Source: Planctomycetota bacterium
Lineage (GTDB): Bacteria > Planctomycetota > JAJSAM01 > JAJVHW01
Reading direction: 5' to 3'
Length of the DNA: 64,000 bases
Assembly (NCBI GenBank): GCA_965248445.1
Contig: CBDFJG010000004.1
Coordinates: 1,248,001 to 1,312,000, forward strand
Under the pieces are notes generated by a model. The model made no database searches. It was given only the letters and a program-made list of their open reading frames with translations, and had not been told where the DNA came from. Of the stretch, positions 51,304 to 62,495 are shown piece after piece. The translations under genes were made by a program, and so were the position numbers. Positions within the stretch are counted from its first letter, which is position 1. Each line of letters opens with the position of its first letter.

Positions 51304-52348
51304 CATGCATATCCGGTTAATGACCGCGCCCACTACATCTTGTGCTAGAAGGGCAGCGGGCTTGCAGGCTCGTCGGCGTAGACCTGTTCGTACGTGCGCG
51401 GCGGCGTCTTCGCCGCGATGCCGAGGACCGTCTGGAACGCTGCCTGCGGCGTGCGTCTCCTGTTGAACCGGAACGTGAACTCGTCGAGATACCGCTGCAG
51501 GTGCTTCTTCGAGACCCGGCCGTGGTGCGTGCCTACGAGCCAGGTCTCTTGAGGTTGGAGAAGACCAGGTGCAGGTGCCTCAGGACGTCCGCCTGCGCCG
51601 CGCCCATCATCGTGGACTCGATCCCGTGCTCGTAGCCGAGTTTCTCGACTGCGTCGTAGGTCTCGTGGCCGTCGGTCACGACGAGCGCCCCACGCTCGAT
51701 GCTGTCCTTGACGAACGCCAGCAGGTGCGGCTTCGATGAGGCCGGCACGTGGCGCAGCCGGATGCGTCCGGGCTGTGTACCTCTCTTCGTCGGACGCACC
51801 TCGACCGCGCCGACCACGACGGCCTTGTCTGCCGCGGTGCGCTCCTCTCGGCCTCGAAACGGCGCTCCGATCAGCGCCTCGTCGACCTCGACGACGCCGA
51901 ACAACTGCGCGCGCTCCGGCGCGACCATCGCAGATCGCAGTTTCTGGAGCATCTGGTACGCGGTCTCGTAGCGGGTCAGACCGAGCTGTCGCTGGAGTGC
52001 GAGCGCAGAGACGCCCCGCTTGTCCGTCGTCATCAAGTACGCGGCCCACATCCAGGACTTCAGCGGCAGCCGGCTGCGATGCAGCACTGTGCCCGCGGTG
52101 ACCGACGTGATCAGGTCGCAGCCCACGCACCGCATCGCTCTTCGATCTGGACGGGGCCAGTACTTCTTGCCGCCGCACCGGCGGCAGCGGAACCCGTCGG
52201 GCCAACGACACTGCACGAGGTACTCGAGGCACTGCTCTTCCGTCGCGAACTGCTCCGTGAACTCCACGATGTTGCGAGGGTAGCCCGGCTTCGGCATGCG
52301 TCCGAGACACTACCCCTTGGGGTCACGGTCGTCAACCGGATATGCATG
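51304..52348 (-). mobile_element. IS1595-family insertion sequence (1045 bp)
   Basis: IRs CATGCATATCCGGTT(A/G)A(T/C)GACCG; 8-bp target duplication CGAGATAG at 51296-51303 and 52349-52356. Confidence 0.96.
51345..52297 (-). pseudogene. IS1595 transposase, frameshifted near 51546
   Basis: Zn ribbon CRRC..CVGC, VEVDE, VTDG; KHLQRYLDEFTFRFNRR lies in another frame after CTC AAG AG ACC TGG. Confidence 0.88.
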
Positions 52349-53264
52349 CGAGATAGTCGTGCTCAGCCGCAGCGCCGAGACAGGGGATGGCCGCGTCCGC
52401 TGGGACGGTCGAACGCTGGGGCCCTGGACCAGCGCAATCGACGGTGCGGATGCAGTGATCAACCTCTCCGGGCGCAGCGTCGACTGCCGGTACAACAAGA
52501 CGAACCTCTCCGAGATGCTCTCCTCACGGCTCGACTCGACGCGCGTGATTGATGAGGCCATTCGCGGGGCGGCGCGTCCGCCGAGCGTGTGGTTGCAGGC
52601 GAGCACCGCGACGATCTACGCGCACCGGTTCGACGCCGACAACGACGAGGCCGCCGGTGTCCTCGGTGGGCATGAGCCGGACGTTCCGGCCTACTGGCGG
52701 TACAGCATCGAGATCGCGCGGGCGTGGGAGCGCGAGCAGGCCGCAGCGGACACGCAACACACGCGCCGGGTCGCCATGCGCATGGCGATCGTCATGAGCC
52801 GAGCTCCCGGCTGCGCGTTCCGGATCATGGAGCGGCTCGCGCGCATCGGGCTCGGCGGTCCGATCGCGGGCGGCCGGCAGTTCATGTCGTGGGTCCACGA
52901 TCGCGACCTGGTGCGAGCGGTCGCGTGGCTTCTCGAGCACGAGGAGATCGAGGGAGTCGTGAACATCGCCGCTCCCCACCCGCTGCCGCAGGCGGAGTTC
53001 ATGCGCCTGCTGCGCCGTGAGGTCGGCATGCCCATCGGCATCCCAGGATCCAAGCTCCTGTTCGAACTCGCTGCCGTGCTTCATCGCACGGACACGGAGT
53101 TGCTCCTCAAGAGCCGCCGCGTGGTCTCGGGGAGGTTGATGGATGCCGGCTTCCGTTTCGACTTCCCCAGGTGGGAGCAGGCAGTGGCAGATCTCGTGTC
53201 GAGGCGGACCGGACAGCGGCGATCTGCATAGACCGGCGGGGCGCTGCCCCGCCCGCGTACCCGG

Positions 53265-56200
53265 TCAGCGGGGCGCGTCCTCCGCGTAGTAGTCCTGCAG
53301 CGGCTTCACCGTGTAGCCGCGCTCGCGGATCTGTTCGATCGAGCGGATCGCGGCGGCGGCGCCGGAGAGCGTCGTGATGCAGGCGACGCCCTGCTGGACG
53401 GCGGCGGCTCGGATGCGACCCTCGTCGGTCGCGCAGCCCTTGCCCGTCGGGGTGTTGATGATCATGTCGATCTTGCCGTCGGCCAGGAGGTCGAGGACGT
53501 TCGGGCGGCCGCTCACGATCTTGTGCACGAACTCGGTCTCGACGCCGACCTCGGTGAGTGCCGCGCGCGTGCCGCCGGTCGAGATGATCGCAAAGCCGAG
53601 CCGCGCGAGTTCCTGCCCGATGTACTTGGCGGTCTCGCGGTCGTCGTGACGCACCGACAGGAACACGGTCCCGCCGTCGAACGGGATCTTCAGGTTGGCG
53701 GACACCAGCGCCTTGGCGAACGCGACGCCGAAGTCCGGGTCGATGCCCATCACCTCGCCGGTCGACTGCATCTCCGGGCCGAGCACGGTGTCGACGCCGG
53801 GGAAGCGGTTGAACGGGAACACCGGGCCCTTGATCGCGACGCGGCCCTTCGGCATGCCGATCTCGGTGATGCCCTGATCGTCGAGTGACTGCCCCGCCAT
53901 GGCGAGCGCGGCGACCTTCGCGATCGGCATGCCCTCGGCCTTCGAGACGAACGGCACCGTGCGCGACGCGCGCGGGTTGACCTCGAGGACGTAGACGTCG
54001 TCACCCTGGATCGCGTACTGGACGTTCATCAGGCCGACGACCTTCAACTCCTGCGCCAGCGCCAGCGTTGCAGCGCGGATCTCGGCGATGTGCGCCGCAG
54101 TGAGCGTCTGCGGCGGGATCGAGCACTGCGAGTCGCCGGAGTGCACACCGGCCTCCTCGATGTGCTCCATGATCCCGGCCACGACCCCGCGCGTGCCGTC
54201 CGACACGCAGTCGACGTCGATCTCGACAGCGCCTTCTAGGAATCGATCGAGCAGCACTGGGCGGTCGTCGGAAACGTCGAGGCCCGTGCGCACGTACTGC
54301 TCGAGTGTCTGCTCGTCGTAGCAGAGCATCATGCCACGGCCGCCCAGCACGTAGCTCGGCCGCACAAGCACCGGGAAGCCGATGCGCTTCGTGATCTCGA
54401 CCGCCTCCTCCGGCGTCGCAGCCATGCCGTTGGGCGGCTGACGCAGGCCGAGCTTCTCGATGATCTGCGCGAAGCTCTCGCGGTCCTCGGCCAGGTCGAT
54501 CGCGTGCGGCGACGTGCCGATGATCTTGACGCCCGCGTTCTCGAGTTCGCGCGCCAGCTTGAGCGGCGTCTGTCCGCCGAACTGCACGATCACGCCCTCG
54601 GGCTTCAGCTTGTCGTGGATGTTCAGCACGTCCTCGACGGTCAACGGCTCGAAGAACAAGAGGTCCGACGTGTCGTAGTCCGTCGAGACGGTCTCGGGGT
54701 TCGAGTTCACCATGATGGTCTCGTACCCGGCGTCGCGGAGCGCGAACGCGGCGTGCACGCAGCAGTAGTCGAATTCGACGCCCTGCCCGATGCGGTTCGG
54801 ACCCGAGCCGAGGATCATCATCTTCGGGCGGTCCGAGACGCGCGCCTCGCACTCGTCTTCCCACGTCGAGTAGTAGTACGGCGTCGCCGCCTCGAACTCC
54901 CCCGCACAGGTGTCGACGAGCTTGTAGGTCGGAACGATCCCGCGCCGCAAGCGATCCGCGCGCACCGCGGAGAGCTCCATGCCGTACAGGGTCGCGAGTT
55001 GCGCATCACTGAAGCCGTCCTGCTTCGCCATTCGCAGAAGGTCGTCGGAGACATCGGAAATCGAGTCGACAGCGCGGAGCGCGTCCTCCGTGTCCTGCAG
55101 CGACCGAAACTGTGCGAGGAACCACGGATCGATGCTCGTGATCTGGTGGATCTCGGCGTCGGTCATGCCGCTGCGCATCGCGTAGCGGAGGTACTGGATG
55201 CGACGGCTGTTCGGGCGTCCCAGGTGCTCGAGGATCTCCTCGCGGGGCGGCGGGTTCCCGAAGAGCATCGGGTCCTTGCGATCCAGACCGAGGCCGATGT
55301 GGCTCTCCACCGTTGAGCGAAGTGCCTTCTGCAGCGCCTCCTTGAACGTGCGACCGATGGCCATCGCCTCGCCCACCGACTTCATCTGCGAGCCGAGCGT
55401 CGAGTCCGCGTCCGGGAACTTCTCGAACGCGAAGCGCGGCACCTTGACGACGATGTAGTCGATGCTCGGCTCGAAGCACGCGGGGGTCTGCCGCGTGATG
55501 TCGTTCGAAATCTCGTCGAGCGTGTACCCGACTGCCAGCTTGGCGGCGAACTTCGCGATCGGGAACCCTGTGGCCTTGGATGCGAGCGCGGAACTGCGCG
55601 AGACACGCGGGTTCATCTCGATCACGATCATGTCGCCGTTCGCGGGGTCGATCGCGAACTGGATGTTCGACCCGCCCGTCTCGACGCCGATCTCGCGGAT
55701 GCACGCGAAGGCGGCGTCGCGCATGATCTGGTACTCGCGATCGGTGAGTGTCAGCGCCGGCGCGACCGTGACGGAGTCACCCGTGTGCACGCCCATCGGA
55801 TCGAGGTTCTCGATGGAGCAGATGACCACGCAGTTGTCGGCGTGGTCGCGCATGACCTCGAGCTCGAACTCCTTCCAGCCGAGGACGCTCTGCTCGATGA
55901 GGACTTCGGTGACCGGCGAGAGCCGCAGCCCGCGCTCGCAGATCGCGATGTACTCCTCGCGATTGTACGCAATCCCGCCGCCCGCCCCGCCCATCGTGAA
56001 CGATGGTCGGACGATGCATGGAAGGCCGATCTTCTCGACGGCATCGAGTGCGGTGGCCATCGAGTTGACGACGAAGCTCTTCGGGCAGTTGAGCCCGATC
56101 TTGCGCATCGCGTCCTTGAACAGCTGCCGGTCTTCGGCCTTCTTGATGACGTCGACCTGGGCGCCGAGCATCTCGACACCGAACTTCTCGAGCACGCCGT

Positions 56201-56513
56201 GCTCGTGCAGTTCGATCGCCGCGTTCAGGCCGGTCTGGCCGCCGAGCGTGGGGAGGAGCGCGTCGGGCCGCTCCTTCTCGATGATCTTCGCGATCGCTTC
56301 CCAGGTGATCGGTTCGATGTAGGTCCGGTCCGCGATGGTCGGATCGGTCATGATCGTGGCGGGGTTCGAGTTGACCAGGATGACCTGGTAGCCCTCCTCG
56401 CGCAGCGCCTTGCACGCCTGTGTGCCCGAGTAGTCGAACTCGCACGCCTGCCCGATGACGATGGGCCCGGAGCCGATGATCAGGATCGAGTTGAGGTCGT
56501 CGCGCCGGGGCAA
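53265..56513 (-). CDS. carB: Carbamoyl-phosphate synthase large subunit
   Basis: [30 protein letters not shown], duplicated ATP-grasp domains, MGS domain; TTG start. Confidence 0.98.
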   Translation of the reverse strand: MPRRDDLNSILIIGSGPIVIGQACEFDYSGTQACKALREEGYQVILVNSNPATIMTDPTIADRTYIEPITWEAIAKIIEKERPDALLPTLGGQTGLNAAIELHEHGVLEKFGVEMLGAQVDVIKKAEDRQLFKDAMRKIGLNCPKSFVVNSMATALDAVEKIGLPCIVRPSFTMGGAGGGIAYNREEYIAICERGLRLSPVTEVLIEQSVLGWKEFELEVMRDHADNCVVICSIENLDPMGVHTGDSVTVAPALTLTDREYQIMRDAAFACIREIGVETGGSNIQFAIDPANGDMIVIEMNPRVSRSSALASKATGFPIAKFAAKLAVGYTLDEISNDITRQTPACFEPSIDYIVVKVPRFAFEKFPDADSTLGSQMKSVGEAMAIGRTFKEALQKALRSTVESHIGLGLDRKDPMLFGNPPPREEILEHLGRPNSRRIQYLRYAMRSGMTDAEIHQITSIDPWFLAQFRSLQDTEDALRAVDSISDVSDDLLRMAKQDGFSDAQLATLYGMELSAVRADRLRRGIVPTYKLVDTCAGEFEAATPYYYSTWEDECEARVSDRPKMMILGSGPNRIGQGVEFDYCCVHAAFALRDAGYETIMVNSNPETVSTDYDTSDLLFFEPLTVEDVLNIHDKLKPEGVIVQFGGQTPLKLARELENAGVKIIGTSPHAIDLAEDRESFAQIIEKLGLRQPPNGMAATPEEAVEITKRIGFPVLVRPSYVLGGRGMMLCYDEQTLEQYVRTGLDVSDDRPVLLDRFLEGAVEIDVDCVSDGTRGVVAGIMEHIEEAGVHSGDSQCSIPPQTLTAAHIAEIRAATLALAQELKVVGLMNVQYAIQGDDVYVLEVNPRASRTVPFVSKAEGMPIAKVAALAMAGQSLDDQGITEIGMPKGRVAIKGPVFPFNRFPGVDTVLGPEMQSTGEVMGIDPDFGVAFAKALVSANLKIPFDGGTVFLSVRHDDRETAKYIGQELARLGFAIISTGGTRAALTEVGVETEFVHKIVSGRPNVLDLLADGKIDMIINTPTGKGCATDEGRIRAAAVQQGVACITTLSGAAAAIRSIEQIRERGYTVKPLQDYYAEDAPR

Positions 56514-56616
56514 GGCAGTCTCCGCTCGCGCACCACCGAACGGGGCACGCGGTGTCGCAGTTTCGTGACGCCCAGCCCCGCTCGATCATGGAATCCGGCG
56601 GGACGGGGAAAAGACG

Positions 56617-57843
56617 TCAGGAACCCGGTCCGGAAGAGCTGCCCGAAGAGCCACCAGAGGAGCCGCCACCTCCCCCGCCTCCGCCACCCCGGCGCCCTCG
56701 GCGTCGTCGGCGCGGCCGGGACGACTTCTCTGCTCCGGGCTTTCCGCTGGGCTTCCCGCCGGGCGCGCCGCCGGAGGGCTTCGCGCCCCCGGACTGTGTG
56801 CCCCCGGACTGGCCACCACCGGCACCGGACGGGCCGGGACCGCCAGGCCGCGAACCGCACCCCCTGCGGCGGCGGCGGCCGGGACCCGACCCCTCTCTCT
56901 TCGACCCGTCGTTCCGGGGCCCGTCCTTCGTCGCCTTACCCGGCCGCGCGGACCGGTCGCCTCCGGACGTGCGTTTCGCGCCCGAGCGACCGCCCTGCCG
57001 ACTCCGGCCGCCGCGGGAACGGCGACCGCGCCCACTGCCGGACCGTCCACCGTCGGACCGACCACCGCCGGACCGGCCACCGTCGCCCTTGCGGCGGGTC
57101 GGCCGCTCCGACGCCTCGGGGAGGTGCGCCTCGGGCGTTGCGTCGAGGAGTTCCTCGACCGTCCTCGGGCGCTCGTCCGCGGCTGGTTCCTCGCCGCGCT
57201 CCGCGGCCTCGCGGGCCGCACGCCGTGCCATCTTGCGGCGCCGGGCGCGCTCCTCGGAGCGCCGCTGACCCGGGTAGAGCTCGGGGCCACGGTCTTCGGG
57301 CACGTCCGGCGCCTCGTCTGCGGCGTCTTCCTCTGCAGTCTCGTCGGCAACGGTGCCCGCGGCGTCGCTCGGAGCGTCCGCCTCAGTGGCCGCCTCAATG
57401 GTCGCCGGGGGCGCGCCCTCGGCTGCCGGTTCGTCGCCGGGAGGCGGGCGGATCAGGAGGTCGCGCGGGTCCTGGGGACCGCGCTCGGGATCCTCGACGG
57501 CCTCGACCGTCAGAAGCGCCGGCAGGTAGCCGCGCGGCTCTCCGAGGGCGCGGACGCGGCGCGTGTAGTTCCAGCCGAGGAAGTCGCGCAGCAACTCGTC
57601 GTGGGCGAGCGTGATAGCACGGTCCGTTACGGGCTCAGGTGCCGAGGGGACCGGATCGAAGTACGTGCACGACAATCCGAACACGAGCGGACAGTCCACC
57701 ATGTGCACGACGCCGAGGTCGTTGCGGCACAGAGTCGTCGCCTCCGGAGCCGCGCCCTCCGCTTCGGCAACGCGGTGCAGGTTGTTCGCGCACAGGCTCG
57801 TCGCGGGCACGGAGGTGGCGGTTGGGGTCTCGAAGTCGGCCAT
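56617..57843 (-). CDS. Hypothetical protein: Cys/His N-domain, acidic linker, Gly/Arg/Ser-rich tail
   Basis: Folded-looking N-terminus (CANNLH, LCRND, DCP, SCTYF), then low-complexity GGRS repeats. Confidence 0.65.
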   Translation of the reverse strand: MADFETPTATSVPATSLCANNLHRVAEAEGAAPEATTLCRNDLGVVHMVDCPLVFGLSCTYFDPVPSAPEPVTDRAITLAHDELLRDFLGWNYTRRVRALGEPRGYLPALLTVEAVEDPERGPQDPRDLLIRPPPGDEPAAEGAPPATIEAATEADAPSDAAGTVADETAEEDAADEAPDVPEDRGPELYPGQRRSEERARRRKMARRAAREAAERGEEPAADERPRTVEELLDATPEAHLPEASERPTRRKGDGGRSGGGRSDGGRSGSGRGRRSRGGRSRQGGRSGAKRTSGGDRSARPGKATKDGPRNDGSKREGSGPGRRRRRGCGSRPGGPGPSGAGGGQSGGTQSGGAKPSGGAPGGKPSGKPGAEKSSRPRRRRRGRRGGGGGGGGGSSGGSSGSSSGPGS

Positions 57844-57937
57844 GGCAGGCCGAGGAGGATACCGGGGCCTGCACAGAAAGAGACGACGCCGCCCGCGCAG
57901 TGCGCGGACGGCGCGTTCCTTCTCTCCCGCTCGCGGC

Positions 57938-58573
57938 TCAGGCGACCCGGATGCGACCGGCTGCGGGGAACCGCCGTTCGGTACGCGTACCGGTGTCGCT
58001 TCGCTCGACCTCGAGGCGACCGCCCAGGGCGGTCACGAGGCCGTTTACGTGCGGGTCCGTGCTCTCCTCGCCCGTTCCGGTGTCCCGGACGACGAGGACG
58101 AGTCCACCGTGGCCGGCAGGTCGCACACTCACGACGACGCGGGCCTGTGCCGCTGCGGAGTGGCAAATGCCCTCCTCAACGACTCGCGTCAGCACGTTCA
58201 CAACCGCCGCGACATCGATGTCGTGGTTGCTGCGGGTCGTGCTTGTCGTGATCAGTAGTACGCCCTGGTCCTGCGCCAGCGGCTCAACGACCGTGCGCAG
58301 ACGACGGAAGATCTCCGCCGACGTGCAACGCGGCCGCATTTCAAGTGCGCCCCCCGCCGGCGTGGCCGTGCGGTCCGCCTGAGATCGAATGACGCCTACA
58401 TCGGCGACATGTTCGGATTCCTGGAGTGTTCGGGTCCCCTCTCTCTCGGGTTCCCACCGCCGATCGAGACGGCACACTTCCAGCACCGCAGCGAGTTCCG
58501 GCGCGAACGCTGGAGCCGCTGTGCGCTTGTTGCGCAGCAAGGGGGCGCGGTTCTTCATAGTTGAGCTCCTCAT
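57938..58573 (-). CDS. Degenerate stand-alone HATPase_c-like protein
   Basis: VLTRVVEEGICHS...LVLVVRDTGTG...ALGGRLEVERSDTGTRTERRFP; TGATG coupling to the subtilase. Confidence 0.55.
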   Translation of the reverse strand: MRSSTMKNRAPLLRNKRTAAPAFAPELAAVLEVCRLDRRWEPEREGTRTLQESEHVADVGVIRSQADRTATPAGGALEMRPRCTSAEIFRRLRTVVEPLAQDQGVLLITTSTTRSNHDIDVAAVVNVLTRVVEEGICHSAAAQARVVVSVRPAGHGGLVLVVRDTGTGEESTDPHVNGLVTALGGRLEVERSDTGTRTERRFPAAGRIRVA

Positions 58574-59556
58574 CAGTCGTTCACCGCGGCGTCGCAATCG
58601 ACACAGCCGCGGGTACTCGGTGAACTTCCCGTGATCGAAGACACGGTGTCCATCAACAGATCGCGGACGTCTTCCGGCGTGCGCGTCGAGTCGTCGTCGA
58701 GCGCGAGCGCGGCAGCGCCGCTCACGAGGGCGGCGGAGAACGAAGTTCCGTCCCACCAGCCGTAGTCGATTGCGGCGTCGTCGAGCGCTCCGGAGAGTCC
58801 TTCGCCCGGTGCGTAGATGTCCACCTCGGCGCCACCCGGGCTCCAAGACGCCACGACGTCGTTCGCATCGACCGCGCCGACCGTGATCGACGCCGCGCGC
58901 ACGTCTTCGTCATCGAGCAGATCGTCGGCCGCGTTGCCGGCGGAGGTCACGATCGTGACGCCTGCGGCGACGGCGTCGCTCACGGCGTCCAAGAGAACCT
59001 GCGTCGCATCGGGGATGACGGCGCTGATATTGATCACGTCGACGCCCTCGCTCACCGCGTGGTCGATCGCGGAAGCAAGATCGGCGCACGTGCCATTGCC
59101 CTCGTCGTCAAGACAGCGGATCGGGAGGATCTTGACGCCCGGCGCCGTCGCCCTGATCAGCGAAGCGATGAAGTTGCCGTGACCGGTGTTGCGGTCCGTG
59201 ACGCCGTCGCTGTCGTCGTCGGTGCCGTTCGGCGACTCGTCGACATCGCTGTCGTCGTCCACTGCGTCCCAGGCCCCGCTCTGCAGCGAGCCCGTCCAGA
59301 CCTCGTGGGTCAGGTCAAAGCCACTGTCGAGCACGGCGATGACGATGCCGTCGCCCGTGGCGACCGAGTGCGCATCGCCGGCGAGGATCGCGTCGAGAGC
59401 CGACTGCGAGTCGACCATTGACGCGGAGATCACCTCATCGCGCGCAGGCTTGTCGAACGGCTGCGCGATGACTTCCGCGCCGCTCCGCAGTCCGACCGAG
59501 AAGAGAACCGTTGTCGCCCCCAGCACCAGGGGCAAAAGTGTGTGTCGCGCTCCCAT
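58573..59556 (-). CDS. S8 subtilase with signal peptide
   Basis: IAVLDSG (D), GHGNFIAS (H), SAGN (oxyanion), GTSFSA (S). Confidence 0.92.
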   Translation of the reverse strand: MGARHTLLPLVLGATTVLFSVGLRSGAEVIAQPFDKPARDEVISASMVDSQSALDAILAGDAHSVATGDGIVIAVLDSGFDLTHEVWTGSLQSGAWDAVDDDSDVDESPNGTDDDSDGVTDRNTGHGNFIASLIRATAPGVKILPIRCLDDEGNGTCADLASAIDHAVSEGVDVINISAVIPDATQVLLDAVSDAVAAGVTIVTSAGNAADDLLDDEDVRAASITVGAVDANDVVASWSPGGAEVDIYAPGEGLSGALDDAAIDYGWWDGTSFSAALVSGAAALALDDDSTRTPEDVRDLLMDTVSSITGSSPSTRGCVDCDAAVND

Positions 59557-62495
59557 CAGGAGCTCCTTCCTGACTGTGGGCTCACGCTCCCCTGCGCACC
59601 ACCCGACTGAAACTCGTGCCCCTCACCTGTGACCCGGCCGGGATGACCGATCAGGAAGAAGGGCGCCCAGAAGTACGGATGCGCGTGCTTCGCGCGGACG
59701 GAACGCATGGCCGTGCGGAGAGCGGATCCCCACGAGCCTGACTCACGCGCCGCGCCGTAGAAGGCGCGCATGAAGGCCGAGGTGGCCTGGTCGGCAATGC
59801 GCCACTGCCCCGCGAGGAGGCGTGGCGCACCGGCGAACAGGAAACCTCGGAACAACCCCTGCACTTCGTCGCCTCTGGTGACCGCGGCGACACCGCTCTC
59901 GCATGCTGCGAGGGTGACGAGGTCGGAGCGAACGTCGAGGTCGAAGGCGTCGTAAACCGTCAGCGGTCCGTCGGCCAGCTCGATGCTCGAGAGCGCGGAC
60001 TCCTCGCTGTCGTACGTGCCGTGCGTTGCGACGTGCAGGACGTGACTCGTCCGGGCCGCTTCGCGCAGCGCGTCAGACGTCGCTGCTTCGCCGAGCACGA
60101 GACGGGTGTCGGCGCCAAGGGCGTCCGCAACGGCAGCCGCGTCTTCCTCGATCCCCGGGGCGTCGGCATCCGGCAGCGCGAGCACCGTCGGGCTGCCCGT
60201 CGCGCGCCCGTGCCGATGCTGACCGCAGTACGTGAACACCGAAGCACTCGGTGCATACCAGATCTCGAGCTCGTCGCTCAGCCAGCCGCCGTCGTGCGGG
60301 AGCGCGTGGAACGGGAACCCGTGCAGGCACCCGTGCGGCGAGATCACCACCCGGCGTGTCGTGAGGAGATCCGCGATCGGGTCGATCAGGACAGCGTGCA
60401 CTGCCGCCAGGTTCGCCCGCGTTGCCCGAAGCTGCGCGCCCTCGGCCATCGTGGGTGCCGCGTCTGAGGTCTGATGGCTGACGAGCTGACGCTGGAAACG
60501 GCGGAGCAGGCGCTCCAGGTCCTCACGCGGCACGTCGATGGCGACCGCATCGAAGCCGTCGCGCGTGACGACGAACACGTACACGCTCGTGGCTGAGACG
60601 AAGTACTGCAGCAGCGTGGTGTCGGCATCCAGGCTGCGCTGCACGTCTGCCGGCGGCACGGCTCCGACCGCCGAGATCGATGCGAGCTCCGCGTCCTCTT
60701 CCCAAGCGGCCTGCAACGCGGTGTTCACGGACTGCCGGAGCGCCCGGAGTTCGGCACGCAGCGCGCGAGCGCGCTTCTTTCCGGCCGGGGACCGGTCGGC
60801 GACAACGCTCTCGAGCCGCGCGACGAGCGCGTCAGCGCGACGGCGTTGGCGATCGACGCGGCGGCCGCGGAGGGCACCCGAGCGGGTTCGCCGCGCGCCC
60901 CGGTGCGATGCGTCGTGGAGCATGTCAAGGAGCGCGCGCGACTTCGCCCGCTCCGTCAAGGAGAACGCCTCGACGATCCGTTCCGCATCGACGAGCGAGG
61001 ACACGGTCGCGGCATAGAGCGACGCCTTGCTCGCGAGGAAGGCGATCATGAACTCGCCGGGCGGGAGCGAGCCGCGGAACTCCTCGAGGTTGCGCACGGC
61101 GCGCAACCGGATCTCGGTCGCCTCGTCTTCGCGGCCGAGTGCGGCCAACGCAGAGGCGTGGACCTCGCCGAGCTCGACCTGCAGCCATGGCGACGGCACG
61201 CGCCGCATCCGCCGGCGTGCGCCGTCGATCCACGTCATGGCGCGCGCCGGCCGGTGCAGCGCCACGTCGATCGTGGCCAGCAGAACCTCGGCGCCGATCG
61301 TGCGCTCGACGAGCCCGCGACGCAAGAACGCCTCGTGGGCACCCGCTGCGTGCTCGGCCGCTTCGATCGTGTCGCCCACGATGAGCAGCGCGCGCGCCGT
61401 GAGCATGTCCACGTCCGCGAGCCGCGCGCCCATGCCCAGTGCCGCGTAGATCGCCCGTGCCTCGTCCAGCAACTCGACGGCGCGGCGGTCGACCAGCGCG
61501 GCGGTCGCGCCGATCTGGAGCGCCTGCCCCCACTCCTTGCGCTGCCCGAGGCGTGCGAACTCCGCCGACGTTTCGGCCGCGAGCCGCCGGGCACGATCGA
61601 CGAGCCCCACACTCAGCAGCACCTCGGCGCGCTCGAGCCTGCACTGGGCCACGCTGCGCGCACTCCCCAGCTCCGCGAGGTCTCTCTCGGCCTCGCGATA
61701 ACGGTGGAGGGCGGCCTTTACGCGCCCCTGAACGAACTGCGGGTGCGCGCCATTCGCGCGCAGCTGAGCAGCGGAGATCGGAGAGCCCGGCTCTCTGTAC
61801 GCATTCTCGGCCCAGGTCAGGTGACGCTCGGAGGCCTGGTAGCGCTGCACCGCCTCCAGCGAGACCGCTGTGTTCGATGCGAGCGCCGCCCGCAGGTTGC
61901 GAGAGACGTCCTCCAGCCGACGTGCCATGCGGAACCACAGCAGCGCCTCGCGGTACCGCTCCGCCCGCTGCGAGCGCACACCCAGCGCAAGACGCGTCGA
62001 GACGCGGTCGTGCGGGCTGCCGGCTCGCTCGAAGTACGCGTAAGCCGAGAGAGCGGCCCCCTCGGCCTCATCGACCCGTCCGAGCTGGTCGAGCGGGAAC
62101 ACCAATCGGAGTTCGGCGCGGTGCTCGAAGTCCGGGGACTGCGCGCGGCCCAAGCGGGACACCGCGCGGCGCAACAGGCCTACCGCGCGCCGGTTCCTGC
62201 CGAAGTCGATGTACGCCTGCCCCGCAACCGCAAGCGCGCGTCCCCGAGCCAGGTCGCAACCGAATTCGCGGCCGAGCGAGCCCAGGACACGACAGACGCG
62301 CAATGATCCGGATCCCTCGTCGAGAAGAGCGGCGCCCGCTGCGCGATCCAGCGCTTCGAGAATCAGTCCGATCTCCTCGTCGCTCTCCATGAGGACACGC
62401 GCGGCGGCGCTCGTGCTCGTGCTGGCCTGCACGACACGCGCGACTTCCGCGACGAGCTCTACGCTCGCGGTCCCAGCAGGAGCGATGCAGCTCAC
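59556..62495 (-). CDS. TPR-CHAT (caspase/HetF-like) protease
   Basis: TPR-like N-terminus; AFSLTERAKSRALLDML; ISPHGCLHGFPFHAL; HVATHG (His); VTLAACESG (Cys); HPYFWAPF. Confidence 0.93.
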   Translation of the reverse strand: MSCIAPAGTASVELVAEVARVVQASTSTSAAARVLMESDEEIGLILEALDRAAGAALLDEGSGSLRVCRVLGSLGREFGCDLARGRALAVAGQAYIDFGRNRRAVGLLRRAVSRLGRAQSPDFEHRAELRLVFPLDQLGRVDEAEGAALSAYAYFERAGSPHDRVSTRLALGVRSQRAERYREALLWFRMARRLEDVSRNLRAALASNTAVSLEAVQRYQASERHLTWAENAYREPGSPISAAQLRANGAHPQFVQGRVKAALHRYREAERDLAELGSARSVAQCRLERAEVLLSVGLVDRARRLAAETSAEFARLGQRKEWGQALQIGATAALVDRRAVELLDEARAIYAALGMGARLADVDMLTARALLIVGDTIEAAEHAAGAHEAFLRRGLVERTIGAEVLLATIDVALHRPARAMTWIDGARRRMRRVPSPWLQVELGEVHASALAALGREDEATEIRLRAVRNLEEFRGSLPPGEFMIAFLASKASLYAATVSSLVDAERIVEAFSLTERAKSRALLDMLHDASHRGARRTRSGALRGRRVDRQRRRADALVARLESVVADRSPAGKKRARALRAELRALRQSVNTALQAAWEEDAELASISAVGAVPPADVQRSLDADTTLLQYFVSATSVYVFVVTRDGFDAVAIDVPREDLERLLRRFQRQLVSHQTSDAAPTMAEGAQLRATRANLAAVHAVLIDPIADLLTTRRVVISPHGCLHGFPFHALPHDGGWLSDELEIWYAPSASVFTYCGQHRHGRATGSPTVLALPDADAPGIEEDAAAVADALGADTRLVLGEAATSDALREAARTSHVLHVATHGTYDSEESALSSIELADGPLTVYDAFDLDVRSDLVTLAACESGVAAVTRGDEVQGLFRGFLFAGAPRLLAGQWRIADQATSAFMRAFYGAARESGSWGSALRTAMRSVRAKHAHPYFWAPFFLIGHPGRVTGEGHEFQSGGAQGSVSPQSGRSS

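Larger units (their letters stand above)
51222..53231 (+). pseudogene. TIGR01777/YfcH-type NAD-dependent epimerase interrupted by IS1595
   Basis: MKIVIPGGSGHIG...RGHEI (51222-51303, GGAGGTG RBS) rejoins VVLSR...VINLSG...WLQAST...SWVHDRD in frame once the IS is removed (318 aa). Confidence 0.92.

Noticed and set aside
51540..51552. Programmed frameshift in the IS1595 transposase
   Set aside because: No slippery heptamer and not typical of this family; a 2-nt duplication explains it.
52296..52348. ORF 52296..53231 as an intact gene
   Set aside because: Its first 18 codons come from the IS end; the real N-terminus is at 51222.
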